A DNA stretch of 64,000 nt from an uncultured Bacilli bacterium (lineage in GTDB: Bacteria; Bacillota_I; Bacilli_A; RF39; UBA660): assembly GCA_934130405.1 (NCBI GenBank), contig CAKOXX010000004.1, positions 14,153 through 78,152 on the forward strand, read 5' to 3'. The position numbers and the translations under genes were made by a program. The notes beneath the pieces are model-generated. The model did no database searches and was not told where the DNA came from. It worked only from the letters and a program-made list of their open reading frames with translations. Shown here piece by piece: positions 9,966 to 20,097 of this stretch; the first letter of the stretch is position 1, and every line of letters starts with the position of its first letter.

Positions 9966-10484
9966 ATGAATAAAGTAATTTTAATAGGTCGTCTAACAAG
10001 AGACCCTGAGTTACGTTATACTGGTAGTAACACTCCAGTTGCAACATTTAGTCTTGCTGTAAATCGACCATTTACTAATCAAAGTGGTGAAAGAGAAGCA
10101 GACTTTATTAACTGTGTTGTTTGGAGAAAATTAGCAGAAACAGTAAAAAATTATTTATCTCAAGGTAGTCAAGTAGCGGTTGAAGGAAGAATTCAAACTA
10201 GAAATTATGATGACCAAAATGGTCAAAAGCGTTATGTTACAGAAGTTATTGTAGAAAATATTGATTTTGTTGGTTCGAGAAGAGATAATGCCCAAGGACA
10301 AGCGTCTCAATCAGCACCAGCTATGCCATCTGCAAACTTTAATAATCAACCAACTTCAACTGAAGCAACTCCTTATGATTTTAGTGCAACACCATCTTCA
10401 CCAGCAGGAGCTAATATATCAAGTGATCCTTATGCTGAATTTGGTTCTAATATCGAGATAAATGATGATGAATTACCATTTTAA
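9966..10484 (+). CDS. ssb: Single-stranded DNA-binding protein
   Basis: OB-fold N-terminus (MNKVILIGRLTRDPELRYT), disordered tail, acidic tip DDELPF. Confidence 0.97.
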   Translation: MNKVILIGRLTRDPELRYTGSNTPVATFSLAVNRPFTNQSGEREADFINCVVWRKLAETVKNYLSQGSQVAVEGRIQTRNYDDQNGQKRYVTEVIVENIDFVGSRRDNAQGQASQSAPAMPSANFNNQPTSTEATPYDFSATPSSPAGANISSDPYAEFGSNIEINDDELPF

Positions 10485-10499
10485 AAAGGAGGTTAATTT

Positions 10500-10715
10500 A
10501 TGGCAGAATTTTATCGTAAAAAGAAAAAAGTATGTTTAATGTGTCAAGGTAAGAATTTTGATTATAAAGATGTTGATATTCTTAAAAAGTACGTTAACGA
10601 AAGAGGAAAAATTTTACCTCGCCGTGTTACAGGTGCTTGTGCTAAACATCAACGTGTTATTGCAAATGAAATTAAGAGAGCACGTCAAATTGCTTTATTA
10701 CCATTCACAAAGTAA
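10500..10715 (+). CDS. rpsR: 30S ribosomal protein S18
   Basis: Conserved S18 core [20 protein letters not shown]. Confidence 0.97.
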   Translation: MAEFYRKKKKVCLMCQGKNFDYKDVDILKKYVNERGKILPRRVTGACAKHQRVIANEIKRARQIALLPFTK

Positions 10716-10722
10716 TATTTTA

Positions 10723-10755
10723 AAGTTGAAAATAGATTAGTTTTCGACTTTTTTA
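10723..10755 (+). terminator. Rho-independent terminator after rpsR
   Basis: AAGTTGAAAA / TTTTCGACTT stem (one G-U pair) followed by a T-run. Confidence 0.6.
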
Positions 10756-10876
10756 TTTATAATTAATACTTAGCAAAAATCTTAGAGAGTTTGATTTTTA
10801 AAGCTAAAAATGATATATTATAACTGTAATTTCATAAGGAAGAATTAACATCTTCTTTTTTTAAAATTGAATAGAG

Positions 10877-11875
10877 GTGGTTGTTTTGAAAATTAATGAA
10901 AAGAAAAAAGAATTAAAAAAATTAATTCGTGGTGCTAAGACTGTGTTTATAATGGCTCATAAGAATTTGGATTTAGATGCACTAGGTAGTTCAATAGGGT
11001 TATATTCAATCTTAGAAAAGCAAAAGAAAAATTGTTTTCTAGTAATAAATGATAAAGAACATGAGCTAGGCGTTGAAAAGGTTTTGAGAGAATTAGATGG
11101 TTGCTTACAGATAATAACAGGTCAGGAAGTAGAAGATAATCTTTACCTTCGTAAAAAAAGAAACTTATTATTCATTCTAGATACTAATAAAAAAGAATTA
11201 GTTCAAGATTATGAAATAGTTTCCTTGTTTGATGATGAACAAATTGTTATAATAGATCATCATGAACTTGGTAAAACATCGATTGAATGTAGTAATAGAA
11301 TAATTGATAATACAGCATCAAGTACATGTGAAATGATAACTAATCTAATAGAGGAATATAACTCATCAATAGACCCATATTATGCGACATTATTATTATC
11401 AGGAATAGTCCTAGATACAAATAACTTTACATTAAAAACTAACAACGAGACATATTATAGTGCTTATTATCTATCTTGCTTAGGTGCTAGTACCACCAAA
11501 GTTCAATATTTATTGAAACAAGACTTGAAAGATTATATGGAACGTCAAAAATTAATTACCAATGTTCAAGTAACTGATAATAAAATAGCAATAGCTAAAG
11601 GAAGCAGTTATGCAATCTATAGAAAAGAAGATTTAGCAAAAATAGCTGATACTTTATTATTCTTTAATGATATAGAATTATCATTTGTGATAGCAAAAAC
11701 CTCTAATAATATAACGTCAGTTAGTGGACGAAGTATTGGTAAAAAAAGTATAGCTAACATTTTATCTAAGCTAGGTGGTGGTGGCGATAAAATGGGTGGA
11801 GCAGCCCAATTTGAAAATGTTCCAATAAGTAAAGTTGCAGAAAAATTAAATCAAGCTATAAAGGAGGAAGACTAA
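10877..11875 (+). CDS. DHH/DHHA1 phosphoesterase in the GdpP (YybT) position but lacking the TM-PAS-GGDEF N-terminal half
   Basis: DHH motif IIDHHE and a DHHA1-type LGGGGD..GGAAQ motif. Located between rpsR and rplI, like gdpP. Only 332 aa. GTG start. Confidence 0.75.
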   Translation: MVVLKINEKKKELKKLIRGAKTVFIMAHKNLDLDALGSSIGLYSILEKQKKNCFLVINDKEHELGVEKVLRELDGCLQIITGQEVEDNLYLRKKRNLLFILDTNKKELVQDYEIVSLFDDEQIVIIDHHELGKTSIECSNRIIDNTASSTCEMITNLIEEYNSSIDPYYATLLLSGIVLDTNNFTLKTNNETYYSAYYLSCLGASTTKVQYLLKQDLKDYMERQKLITNVQVTDNKIAIAKGSSYAIYRKEDLAKIADTLLFFNDIELSFVIAKTSNNITSVSGRSIGKKSIANILSKLGGGGDKMGGAAQFENVPISKVAEKLNQAIKEED

Positions 11876-12315
11876 TGAAAGTAATTTTTCGTCAAGATGT
11901 AAAAGGTGTAGGAAAAAAAGATGATATAAAAGAAGTAAAAGATGGTTATGCCATAAACTTTTTGATAAAGAAAAATCTTGCAGTAGTAGCAAATCAAGAG
12001 AACTTAACTAAACTAAAAAAAGAACAATCACAAAGAAAAGAAGAATATAATAATGCTAAGCAAGAAGCAATCGAAGAAAAGAAAAAGTTAGAAAAGTTGA
12101 CATTAACGTTTAAAGTAAAAACTGGTGAAGGAGATCGTGTCTTTGGAAGTATTAGTCAAAAACAAATCAAAGAAGAATTAAAAGCAAATGGTTTTAATAT
12201 AGAAAAAAATCAAATTAAATTGCAAGATTCTTTAGCTTCTTTAGGATTTCATAAAGTTGAAATAGAACTACATAAAGAAGTTAATGCAATCATTAAAGTT
12301 CATTTAGTAAAGTAA
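11875..12315 (+). CDS. rplI: 50S ribosomal protein L9
   Basis: [26 protein letters not shown]-terminus, typical length. Confidence 0.95.
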   Translation: MKVIFRQDVKGVGKKDDIKEVKDGYAINFLIKKNLAVVANQENLTKLKKEQSQRKEEYNNAKQEAIEEKKKLEKLTLTFKVKTGEGDRVFGSISQKQIKEELKANGFNIEKNQIKLQDSLASLGFHKVEIELHKEVNAIIKVHLVK

Positions 12316-12325
12316 GGAGGTAAAA

Positions 12326-13672
12326 ATGGCCTTAAGAGAATTACCTAATAATAAAGAAGCAGAAATGAGTGTTTTAGGTTCATGTTTTTTATCAACAGCT
12401 GCTGCTACTTTAGCAATAGAAAATTTAACTGAATCTAGCTTTTTTGATTTAAGAAATGCAAAAATCTTTAAGGCTTTTCAAAACTTACACGAAGAAAAAA
12501 TACCATTAGACTTAACAACAGTAACGACAGAGCTTACAAAGATGAATGCTTTAACAGAAGCGGGAGGAGTATCTTATTTAACTGAAATAGTTGAATTTGT
12601 TCCTACTGCCAGTAATATAGATTATTATATTCAAGAAGTGGAAAAAACTGCTCTTTTAAGAGGACTAATTGATACTGCAACTAATATAGTAACACTTGGT
12701 TATAATCAAGAAGAAAATGTCAATGATATTTTAGATTTAGCAGAAAAACAAATATTAAACATAGCTAAGAATCGAAAAAGTGGCGAATTTCAAAGCATTC
12801 AGGATGTATTAATTAAAACACAGGAAGACCTCGAAAAATTAGCAGAGTCAAAAGGAGAGATAACTGGAATAGCAACAGGGTGGTATGACTTTGATAAGTT
12901 AACCGCTGGGCTTCATGAAAATGAAATGATAATAATAGCAGCTCGTCCAGGTATGGGTAAAACTGCTTTTGCTCTAAATCTTGCCACTTATGTAACTACT
13001 CATTCTGATAATACCGTAGCAGTATTCAACTTAGAAATGGGAGCTAGTCAGTTAGCTAATCGTATTATTTCATCACTTGGTCAAATAGAAGGTTATAAAA
13101 TGCGTACTGGTAAATTATTAAATCAAGATTGGAAAAGATTTAATGAAGCTACAACCCAATTATCAAAAGCCAAGCTATATATAGATGATACTCCAGGAAT
13201 AACAATTGGAGAGATAAGAGCAAAATGTAGAAGATTGGCAAGTTCTAGTGATGGATTAGATTTAGTAATAATCGATTATTTACAACTTATTTCTGGTGGT
13301 AAGAATTATGGAAGTAATAGACAACAAGAAGTAGCAGATATTTCGCGTAGTTTAAAGACGTTAGCTATGGAACTTCATATTCCAATAATAGCTTTAGCTC
13401 AGTTGTCACGAAGTGTTGAAGGAAGAGAAGATAAGAGACCTATGCTTTCAGATTTACGTGAATCTGGTTCTATTGAACAGGATGCTGACTTAGTAGGATT
13501 TTTGTATCGAGATGACTACTATAATAAAGAAGCAAAAAAAGATGCTACTAGTGTCAGTGAATTTATTATCGCTAAGCATAGAAATGGTCCTCAGGCAACA
13601 ATTCAATTGCTATTTAAAAAAGACACATCAACCTTTCTTAATATGACAAATGGTCCAGAAGAGGAGGAATAA
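12326..13672 (+). CDS. dnaB: Replicative DNA helicase (DnaB family; DnaC in B. subtilis nomenclature)
   Basis: Walker A ARPGMGKTAF, Walker B VIIDYLQL, arginine-finger region QLSR. No intein. Confidence 0.95.
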   Translation: MALRELPNNKEAEMSVLGSCFLSTAAATLAIENLTESSFFDLRNAKIFKAFQNLHEEKIPLDLTTVTTELTKMNALTEAGGVSYLTEIVEFVPTASNIDYYIQEVEKTALLRGLIDTATNIVTLGYNQEENVNDILDLAEKQILNIAKNRKSGEFQSIQDVLIKTQEDLEKLAESKGEITGIATGWYDFDKLTAGLHENEMIIIAARPGMGKTAFALNLATYVTTHSDNTVAVFNLEMGASQLANRIISSLGQIEGYKMRTGKLLNQDWKRFNEATTQLSKAKLYIDDTPGITIGEIRAKCRRLASSSDGLDLVIIDYLQLISGGKNYGSNRQQEVADISRSLKTLAMELHIPIIALAQLSRSVEGREDKRPMLSDLRESGSIEQDADLVGFLYRDDYYNKEAKKDATSVSEFIIAKHRNGPQATIQLLFKKDTSTFLNMTNGPEEEE

Positions 13673-13673
13673 A

Positions 13674-15173
13674 ATGGGGAAAAAAATATTAATAATAAGT
13701 GCAGCTCTTGCAGTTAGTGCACTACTAGTTTTATATATTCCATCACCAAAAGCAAAAAATCCACAAGATGTTTATCGAGTTTATTTGAAAGGTAGTTCTT
13801 TGGGACTTATTGAAAATAAGGAAGAATTAGAACAATATATTGATAAGGAACAAGAAAAAATAAAAAATAAGTATAAAGTAGATAAAGTGTATGCACCAGA
13901 AGATTTAAAAGTTGTTAAAGAAATAACTTATCAAGAAAAAATATCTACAACTAAAGAAATATATGAAAAAATTAAAGATTTAGAGTCATTTACAATTAAT
14001 GGTTATGCCATAAAAATAAAAGGTATAGATAGTACAAATGAACAAGGAGAAACACAAAAAGGTGTGGACCAGACAATTTATGTTCTAGATAAGACAGTTT
14101 TTACAGATGCAATGGATAAAACTATTAGGTCATTTGTAAATAATGATGATTATGAAAAATATTTAAATAATAAGCAAAAAGAAATTAAAGATACTGGTAC
14201 AATTATTGAAAATGTTTATATAGAAAATAAAATAACTGTAAAAAATACAAAAATACCGGTAGATAAAACAATTTATGAAAAAGTTGATGATTTAAGTAGA
14301 TATTTATTATTTGGAACACTAGATGAGTATCAAAAATATACAGTACAAGATGGTGATACAATTAGTGATATTGCATTTAATAATAAATTATCAAATAAAG
14401 AATTTCTAATTGCTAATCCAACGTTTAAAGATGAAAACAGTTTACTCTTTGCAGGACAACAAGTAACAATTAATATCATTAAACCACAATTTAGATTAGT
14501 AGAAATAGATCATACAGTTTTTGATCAGGAAATTAAGTATGAAACAGAAGTTAAGTATGATGAAAATAAAATGGTTGGTACCGAAGAAGTAACTCAAAAA
14601 GGAGAAAATGGTCTTCAAAGAGTAACTAGTAAAGTTCAAAAAATTAATGGTCAAGTAGAAAGTTCAGTTATTAATGAAAGTGCTACTGAAAGATTAAAAG
14701 AACCAGTAAAAGAAATTATAGTTAAAGGTAAAAAACAAAATTCTTATTCATCTGGTATAGATATAACTGGTACTACAAAAGTTGAAGGTTACTGGAAATG
14801 GCCTACGACAACTCCATATACAATTAACAGTCCATATGGTTATCGTTGGGGAACACTTCATGATGGAGTTGATATTGGTGGCGGTTATGGTTCACCAATC
14901 TATGCAGCTAATAATGGGGTAGTAGTTCAATCAAGTTATAAATGGGATAATGGAGAGTATATAGTAATTAATCATAATAATGGATATTATACTATGTATG
15001 CTCATTTATCTGCTAGATATGTAAAAGTAGGACAAAATGTTTCTATTGGACAACAAATAGGAGCAATGGGAAAAACTGGTTTTGCAACGGGAACACATTT
15101 ACACTTTGGACTTTTCAGGGGATTTCCTTACCGAAGAGGTTCAACTTCCGTGCAACCACTTAGTTTATTTTAA
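13674..15173 (+). CDS. Secreted or membrane-anchored LysM + G5 + M23 (LytM) peptidoglycan metallo-endopeptidase
   Basis: Signal/anchor sequence; LysM (YTVQDGDTISDIA); G5-like segment; intact M23 motifs HDGVD and THLHF. ATG at 13674 follows GAGGAGG. Confidence 0.85.
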   Translation: MGKKILIISAALAVSALLVLYIPSPKAKNPQDVYRVYLKGSSLGLIENKEELEQYIDKEQEKIKNKYKVDKVYAPEDLKVVKEITYQEKISTTKEIYEKIKDLESFTINGYAIKIKGIDSTNEQGETQKGVDQTIYVLDKTVFTDAMDKTIRSFVNNDDYEKYLNNKQKEIKDTGTIIENVYIENKITVKNTKIPVDKTIYEKVDDLSRYLLFGTLDEYQKYTVQDGDTISDIAFNNKLSNKEFLIANPTFKDENSLLFAGQQVTINIIKPQFRLVEIDHTVFDQEIKYETEVKYDENKMVGTEEVTQKGENGLQRVTSKVQKINGQVESSVINESATERLKEPVKEIIVKGKKQNSYSSGIDITGTTKVEGYWKWPTTTPYTINSPYGYRWGTLHDGVDIGGGYGSPIYAANNGVVVQSSYKWDNGEYIVINHNNGYYTMYAHLSARYVKVGQNVSIGQQIGAMGKTGFATGTHLHFGLFRGFPYRRGSTSVQPLSLF

Positions 15174-15937
15174 TGAAAATAATAACGTTAGCGAGTGGTT
15201 CCAAAGGAAATACTTCTTATATAGAAGTAGGAAATACTCGCTTTCTTATTGATATAGGTATAACTTACAGGCACTTATTAGAAAGATTAGCCGAAATTGA
15301 TAGAAGTATTGATGATATAGATGCTTTACTTATTACACATACTCATTCAGATCATATTAAGGGACTAAAAGTGTTTGTTAAACACAATAATGTACCTGTA
15401 TATATAAGAGAAGAAATGTATAAAGAATTAAAAGAGATATTACCTAAAGAAAAAATAGAATTATATAATGATAAAATGCATTTAAAAGATGTTACAATAG
15501 ATTTGGTTCATACTTCTCACGATGCTCCTGGTTCTGTTGGTTTTTTGATAAGTAGTGATTCAAGTAGTTTAGTTTATATTACTGATACTGGTTATATAAA
15601 TGAAAAATATTATAATTTATTATCTAATCGAGAAATATATTATATTGAAAGTAATCACGATGAACAAATGCTTTTGATAGGACCTTATCCACATTATTTA
15701 AAACAAAGAATACTAAGTGATAGGGGACACTTATCTAATGGAGCTACAGCTACATATTTAGAAAAATTTATCGGAGAAAAAACGAAATACATAATTCTAG
15801 GACATATAAGTGAAACAAATAATACTAAAGAATTAGCATTTAATACTACTAAAGAAGCGATTGAAAGAACTAAATATAGACCTAAAATATTAATAGCTAG
15901 TCAAGAAGAAATAGGAGAGGTGGTTGAAGTTAGATGA
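15173..15937 (+). CDS. MBL-fold metallo-hydrolase (YycJ/WalJ-like)
   Basis: HTHSDH metal-binding motif. Position just upstream of rlmH matches yycJ. Confidence 0.8.
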   Translation: MKIITLASGSKGNTSYIEVGNTRFLIDIGITYRHLLERLAEIDRSIDDIDALLITHTHSDHIKGLKVFVKHNNVPVYIREEMYKELKEILPKEKIELYNDKMHLKDVTIDLVHTSHDAPGSVGFLISSDSSSLVYITDTGYINEKYYNLLSNREIYYIESNHDEQMLLIGPYPHYLKQRILSDRGHLSNGATATYLEKFIGEKTKYIILGHISETNNTKELAFNTTKEAIERTKYRPKILIASQEEIGEVVEVR

Positions 15938-16389
15938 TAAAATTAATAGTAGTAGGTAAAATCAAAGAAAAATATTTTACAGGTGCTATTAAAGAATATG
16001 AAAAAAGATTGAGTAAGTATACAAAATTAAATATTGTAGAAGTAGCAGATTGTGGTATAGAAGAGCTAGATAAATCTTTAAGAATAGAAAAAGATGCTAT
16101 TATGAAACATCTTTTCTTAAGAGATTATATTATTTTATTAGATGTAAAGGGAAAAGAAATGACATCTATAGAAATGGCCAAGGTAATGGCTGATAGAGAA
16201 ATGAATAACAGTAATATTACATTTATTATTGGGGGAAGTAATGGTTTTCATCAAGACATCTATAATATAGCAAAAGAAAAATGGTCATTTTCTAAATTAA
16301 CCTTTCCTCATCAGTTATTTAGAATAATGTTTTTAGAACAACTATATCGTACATATAAAATAAGAAATAATGAAAAATATCATAAGTAG
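15934..16389 (+). CDS. rlmH: 23S rRNA (pseudouridine1915-N3)-methyltransferase RlmH
   Basis: SPOUT-type 151-aa protein, MIKLIVVGKIKEKY N-terminus, FIIGGSNG motif. Confidence 0.9.
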   Translation: MIKLIVVGKIKEKYFTGAIKEYEKRLSKYTKLNIVEVADCGIEELDKSLRIEKDAIMKHLFLRDYIILLDVKGKEMTSIEMAKVMADREMNNSNITFIIGGSNGFHQDIYNIAKEKWSFSKLTFPHQLFRIMFLEQLYRTYKIRNNEKYHK

Positions 16390-16400
16390 GAGTTGAAAAA

Positions 16401-17066
16401 ATGATAGGTAATGATTGGGATGAACATTTAAAGACAGAATATGATAAAACTTATTTTAAAGAACTATTAGAATTTGTTGATGGTGAATATCATACTAAAG
16501 AAATATATCCAAGAAAAAATGAAATATTTAATGCTTTTAGAAATACTTCTTATAAAGATACAAAAGTAGTTCTTTTAGGACAAGATCCTTATCATGGTGT
16601 TAATCAAGCTCAAGGACTTTCATTTTCAGTACGCGATGGTTTAAAAAAACCACCAAGTCTTGTTAATATCTTCAAGGAATTAGAAAGTGACTTGGGAATT
16701 CCTTTTCCTGAAAAAAATAGTTTATTACCTTGGGCTAATGAAGGAGTTTTATTATTAAATAGTGTTTTAACAGTAGAAAAAGATAAAGCTGCTTCTCATA
16801 GTCATCGTGGTTGGGAAGAATTCACTGATAAAGTAATAGAAGAAGTAAATAAAAAAGATGAACCAGTTGTTTTTATTTTCTGGGGGAATTATGCTAGAGC
16901 TAAAAAGGTATTAGTTACTAATCCTAAACATTTAGTTCTAGAATCTGCTCATCCATCACCATTTTCCGCATATAATGGCTTTTTTGGAAGTAGACCTTTC
17001 TCTAAAACTAATGAATTTTTAAAAGAAAATAATCTTAAACCAATTAATTGGAACATTGAAAGATAA
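16401..17066 (+). CDS. ung: Uracil-DNA glycosylase (family 1)
   Basis: Motifs GQDPYH, LLLNSVLTV and HPSPFSA. Confidence 0.94.
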   Translation: MIGNDWDEHLKTEYDKTYFKELLEFVDGEYHTKEIYPRKNEIFNAFRNTSYKDTKVVLLGQDPYHGVNQAQGLSFSVRDGLKKPPSLVNIFKELESDLGIPFPEKNSLLPWANEGVLLLNSVLTVEKDKAASHSHRGWEEFTDKVIEEVNKKDEPVVFIFWGNYARAKKVLVTNPKHLVLESAHPSPFSAYNGFFGSRPFSKTNEFLKENNLKPINWNIER

Positions 17067-17085
17067 AAAGAACCTCAATGGTCCT

Positions 17086-17601
17086 TTACTTAGAGAGAAT
17101 TGCAAAAGATTCTCTTTTTTCAATTTTATAAATATCTAATTCTTTATAGTGTAAAAAGAAACCAACAATATTACTTGGAAATTTATGTCTATAATTATTT
17201 ATCTCCACAGCATTGTCATTATAATATTTTAAGACCCCCTTCAAGTCACACTCATTATCATCAAAACGGTCTATTAAATTATTAAGTTTTTTGTTAGATT
17301 CATATTCTTCGTCATCAGCTTCTTTTAGAAGTTTATTACCAATAGAATTTAATTCTATATAACATTGATGACTAGTTAGTTCCTTTCCTTTGAATTCTTC
17401 TAACTCTTTTATCTTATCTTTATCAATAATTTGAGCTATTTTTAAAAGAATTTCTATTTTTTTCTCAATAATTATTTCAATATTGTTGTTGGCTTCCGAT
17501 ACCTTTAAAAAATAAAAGTCATATTTCTTTTTAAAATGTAAAAATATTATTATAAAAAGTAAAATAAGGAAAAGTACTATTCCACATATAACGTATAACA
17601 T
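17086..17601 (-). CDS. LemA-family membrane protein
   Basis: N-terminal TM helix. C-terminal YYNDNAVEINNYRHKFPSNIVGFF matches the LemA signature (YN..V..YN..I..FPSNIVA). Confidence 0.6.
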   Translation of the reverse strand: MLYVICGIVLFLILLFIIIFLHFKKKYDFYFLKVSEANNNIEIIIEKKIEILLKIAQIIDKDKIKELEEFKGKELTSHQCYIELNSIGNKLLKEADDEEYESNKKLNNLIDRFDDNECDLKGVLKYYNDNAVEINNYRHKFPSNIVGFFLHYKELDIYKIEKRESFAILSK

Positions 17602-17631
17602 CCTACCACATCCTAAACGAATTATATCAAA

Positions 17632-17657
17632 GAAAAAAGAAGATTACAATTATCTTC
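17632..17657 (-). terminator. Rho-independent terminator after the PBP gene
   Basis: On the minus strand, GGAAGAT-aattgta-ATCTTCT followed by TTTTT. Confidence 0.6.
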
Positions 17658-17669
17658 CAAAATATTTCC

Positions 17670-19631
17670 TTAAGTTTCCTTATTCTCCGTTAATAATTCG
17701 TCAAAGACAGGGTCGGCCATTGTTGGTTCTGTACCTTTAATATAATACATCATCTTAGTTTTAGCATCATTTTGGGTAGCAGGTTTACCGGTTATAGGAT
17801 TAACTAATACACCAACAACATTATCTTTCGGTTGATACCAATTATCTTCCTTTCCTTGCATATAATCTTCAATCGATTTTATCCAAATATTTTGTGCAAA
17901 TTTGTACTCTTTAGGTTCCAGATTTCTGTTATCATCATAACCACACCATACTAAAGCTACAACATCTTTATTATAACCAATATACCAGTTATCAGTATTA
18001 GTAGTACCACTTTTTAAAGCATAAGTATGAGTCATTTTAGAGGCTAGATTGATAGCTGTTGGATAATTATAATCAATAAAGGCAGAGTCATAAGTTGCAG
18101 TTAACAAATTATTTAAAATGAAAGTTAAACTAGAGTTTAGAACGAGTTCTTTTTTATTATCAGCCTCATATAAAATATTACCTTCTTGGTCGACCACTTT
18201 TTCAATAAAATGAGGTTTTACTTTATAGCCTTCGTTAGCAAAAGTAGCATATCCACCAGCCATTTCTAACATTGAAATCTCACTAGTTCCAAGAGCAAGA
18301 GACGGAACTTTATCAAGCTTGGAAGTAATTCCTACTCGTCTTGCCATATTTATCAAAGTATCTTCTCCTAAGAATAAATGTGTTTTAACAGCATAAATAT
18401 TTTCAGAATAAGAAATAGCAGTTGCCATTGAAATTGGTTTATTACCATATTTTTCATTATAATTTTTAGGAGAATAAGTATCTTTATTAGAAAAGGTAAA
18501 AGTTGTTTGTTCACTAGTGAAAGTAGTAGAAGCAGTAAAACCATTCTCTAAAGCAGCATAATAAAGAAAAGGTTTCATTGTAGAACCAACTTGTCTTTTA
18601 GCTGATATTGCTCTATTATATTCTGATTTAGTGTAATCTTTTCCACCAACTAATGCCTTGACACCACCAGTTTGAGGGTCCAACAAAACAGCAGCTGTTT
18701 CTAATTCATTGTCTCCTAAAGTTTCTTTAACATTAGCTTCAAGTTCCTTTTGATTTTTAAGATTAAGACTAGTATAAATTTTTAAACCACCAGTTTCTAG
18801 AAAGGTACTAGGTATTTCCTTTAAGGAATTTAATTCTTTCATTACAGCATCTTGATAATACATAACTGTTGATAATTCTTCCTTCTCTTTTTCACCAACA
18901 AAGGTTAATTTTTCATTACTAGCTTGATTGTATTCTTCATTACTAATCTTTTTTTCTTTCAATAAATTTTTAAGAATAAGAATTTGTCTTTCTTTAGCTT
19001 TATCATAATTAATTAAAGGAGAATAGTTACTGGGTGATTTAGGAATTCCTGTCAAAATAGCTGCCTCTGCTAAATCTAAATCTTTAGCTTTTTTTCCAAA
19101 ATAAAATTGACTAGCGTTTTCTATTCCGTACATGCCATGTCCATAATTAATAGTATTTAGATAGCCTTCTAAAATATCTTTTTTCTTATAATGTGTTTCA
19201 ATCTCAATAGTGTACCACATCTCATCCCATTTTCTTTTCCAAGTTTTAGAAAAGTCTAAGAATAGATTTTTAGCATATTGCTGTGTAATAGTACTTGCAC
19301 CTTGGCTTTTATTTCTTGAAACAACATTAACATACATAGCTTTCATAATTCTTAAATAATCAAAACCTTTATGTTTATAGAAATTTTTATCTTCTGTTTC
19401 AATAGTGGTCTTAACTACATTATCAGATATATTGTCTAGACTTACCCATTTACTATCACCACTTCCTTGAAAAAATAACTCATTATCTTGGTCGAATAAC
19501 ATAAACTTATTAGCACTTTTTATTTGTAATTTTGGAGATAAATAAGCATAAGAATAAGCAGCAATGTTAAAAATAATAAATAATAGAACAATTAATATAG
19601 TAAATTTAGTTGCTTTTTTAATATATTTCAT
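17670..19631 (-). CDS. Class A penicillin-binding protein (bifunctional glycosyltransferase/transpeptidase)
   Basis: GT51 motifs EDKNFYKHKGFD and GASTITQQ. Transpeptidase motifs STMK, SEN and KSGT. N-terminal TM anchor. The ATG at 19631 is best placed after GGTGA. Confidence 0.9.
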   Translation of the reverse strand: MKYIKKATKFTILIVLLFIIFNIAAYSYAYLSPKLQIKSANKFMLFDQDNELFFQGSGDSKWVSLDNISDNVVKTTIETEDKNFYKHKGFDYLRIMKAMYVNVVSRNKSQGASTITQQYAKNLFLDFSKTWKRKWDEMWYTIEIETHYKKKDILEGYLNTINYGHGMYGIENASQFYFGKKAKDLDLAEAAILTGIPKSPSNYSPLINYDKAKERQILILKNLLKEKKISNEEYNQASNEKLTFVGEKEKEELSTVMYYQDAVMKELNSLKEIPSTFLETGGLKIYTSLNLKNQKELEANVKETLGDNELETAAVLLDPQTGGVKALVGGKDYTKSEYNRAISAKRQVGSTMKPFLYYAALENGFTASTTFTSEQTTFTFSNKDTYSPKNYNEKYGNKPISMATAISYSENIYAVKTHLFLGEDTLINMARRVGITSKLDKVPSLALGTSEISMLEMAGGYATFANEGYKVKPHFIEKVVDQEGNILYEADNKKELVLNSSLTFILNNLLTATYDSAFIDYNYPTAINLASKMTHTYALKSGTTNTDNWYIGYNKDVVALVWCGYDDNRNLEPKEYKFAQNIWIKSIEDYMQGKEDNWYQPKDNVVGVLVNPITGKPATQNDAKTKMMYYIKGTEPTMADPVFDELLTENKET

Positions 19632-19736
19632 AATCATCACCTACACTTATCTTGTCCAAACTCTTTAAAAATAACAATATTCTTGTAAGAAATTTAATTC
19701 GTTGCTATAATATTAGCTGAATGAAAGGGAAACAAT

Positions 19737-20096
19737 ATGAAAGAAATTAAAGTAATAGCTAAATTGATTGCTAATAATGAAGTATTTACATATGAAGGTA
19801 AAGCTAATTTTGATAAAAAAAATAAAGTTATTCAATATCAAGATGAACATGCCTTATTAACAATATATTTAAAAGAAAAAATATTACTACGAGAAACCGA
19901 AGAAGCAATACTTAGTTATAAGTTTTTAGAAAATACTACCAATTCTTTTGAGATATATCTTAAAGAAACAAAGCAAAGTGCTACAGTTTTGATGAAAACT
20001 AAACAAATTAAAGAAGAAGTTAATTCTTTCTTAGTAATCTATAGAATAGATGGTAATGATTTTGACCACGAATATAGCATAGAATGGGAGGACTAA
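19737..20096 (+). CDS. DUF1934 (YwiB-like) beta-barrel protein
   Basis: 119 aa, immediately upstream of and coupled to argS, as ywiB-argS is in Bacilli. Confidence 0.65.
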   Translation: MKEIKVIAKLIANNEVFTYEGKANFDKKNKVIQYQDEHALLTIYLKEKILLRETEEAILSYKFLENTTNSFEIYLKETKQSATVLMKTKQIKEEVNSFLVIYRIDGNDFDHEYSIEWED

Positions 20097-20097
20097 T

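Noticed and set aside
10261-10740. Alternative-frame ORFs within ssb and rpsR (10261-10461, 10558-10740)
   Set aside because: They overlap well-supported ribosomal and SSB genes in other frames and give repetitive L/Q/I-rich translations.
19641-19736. Looked for T-box leaders upstream of the argS unit (and of cysS at 36187-36279)
   Set aside because: The spacers are under 100 nt. They lack a specifier hairpin or the T-box sequence (AANNNGGUGGNACCGCG-like). Only promoter and terminator elements are visible.
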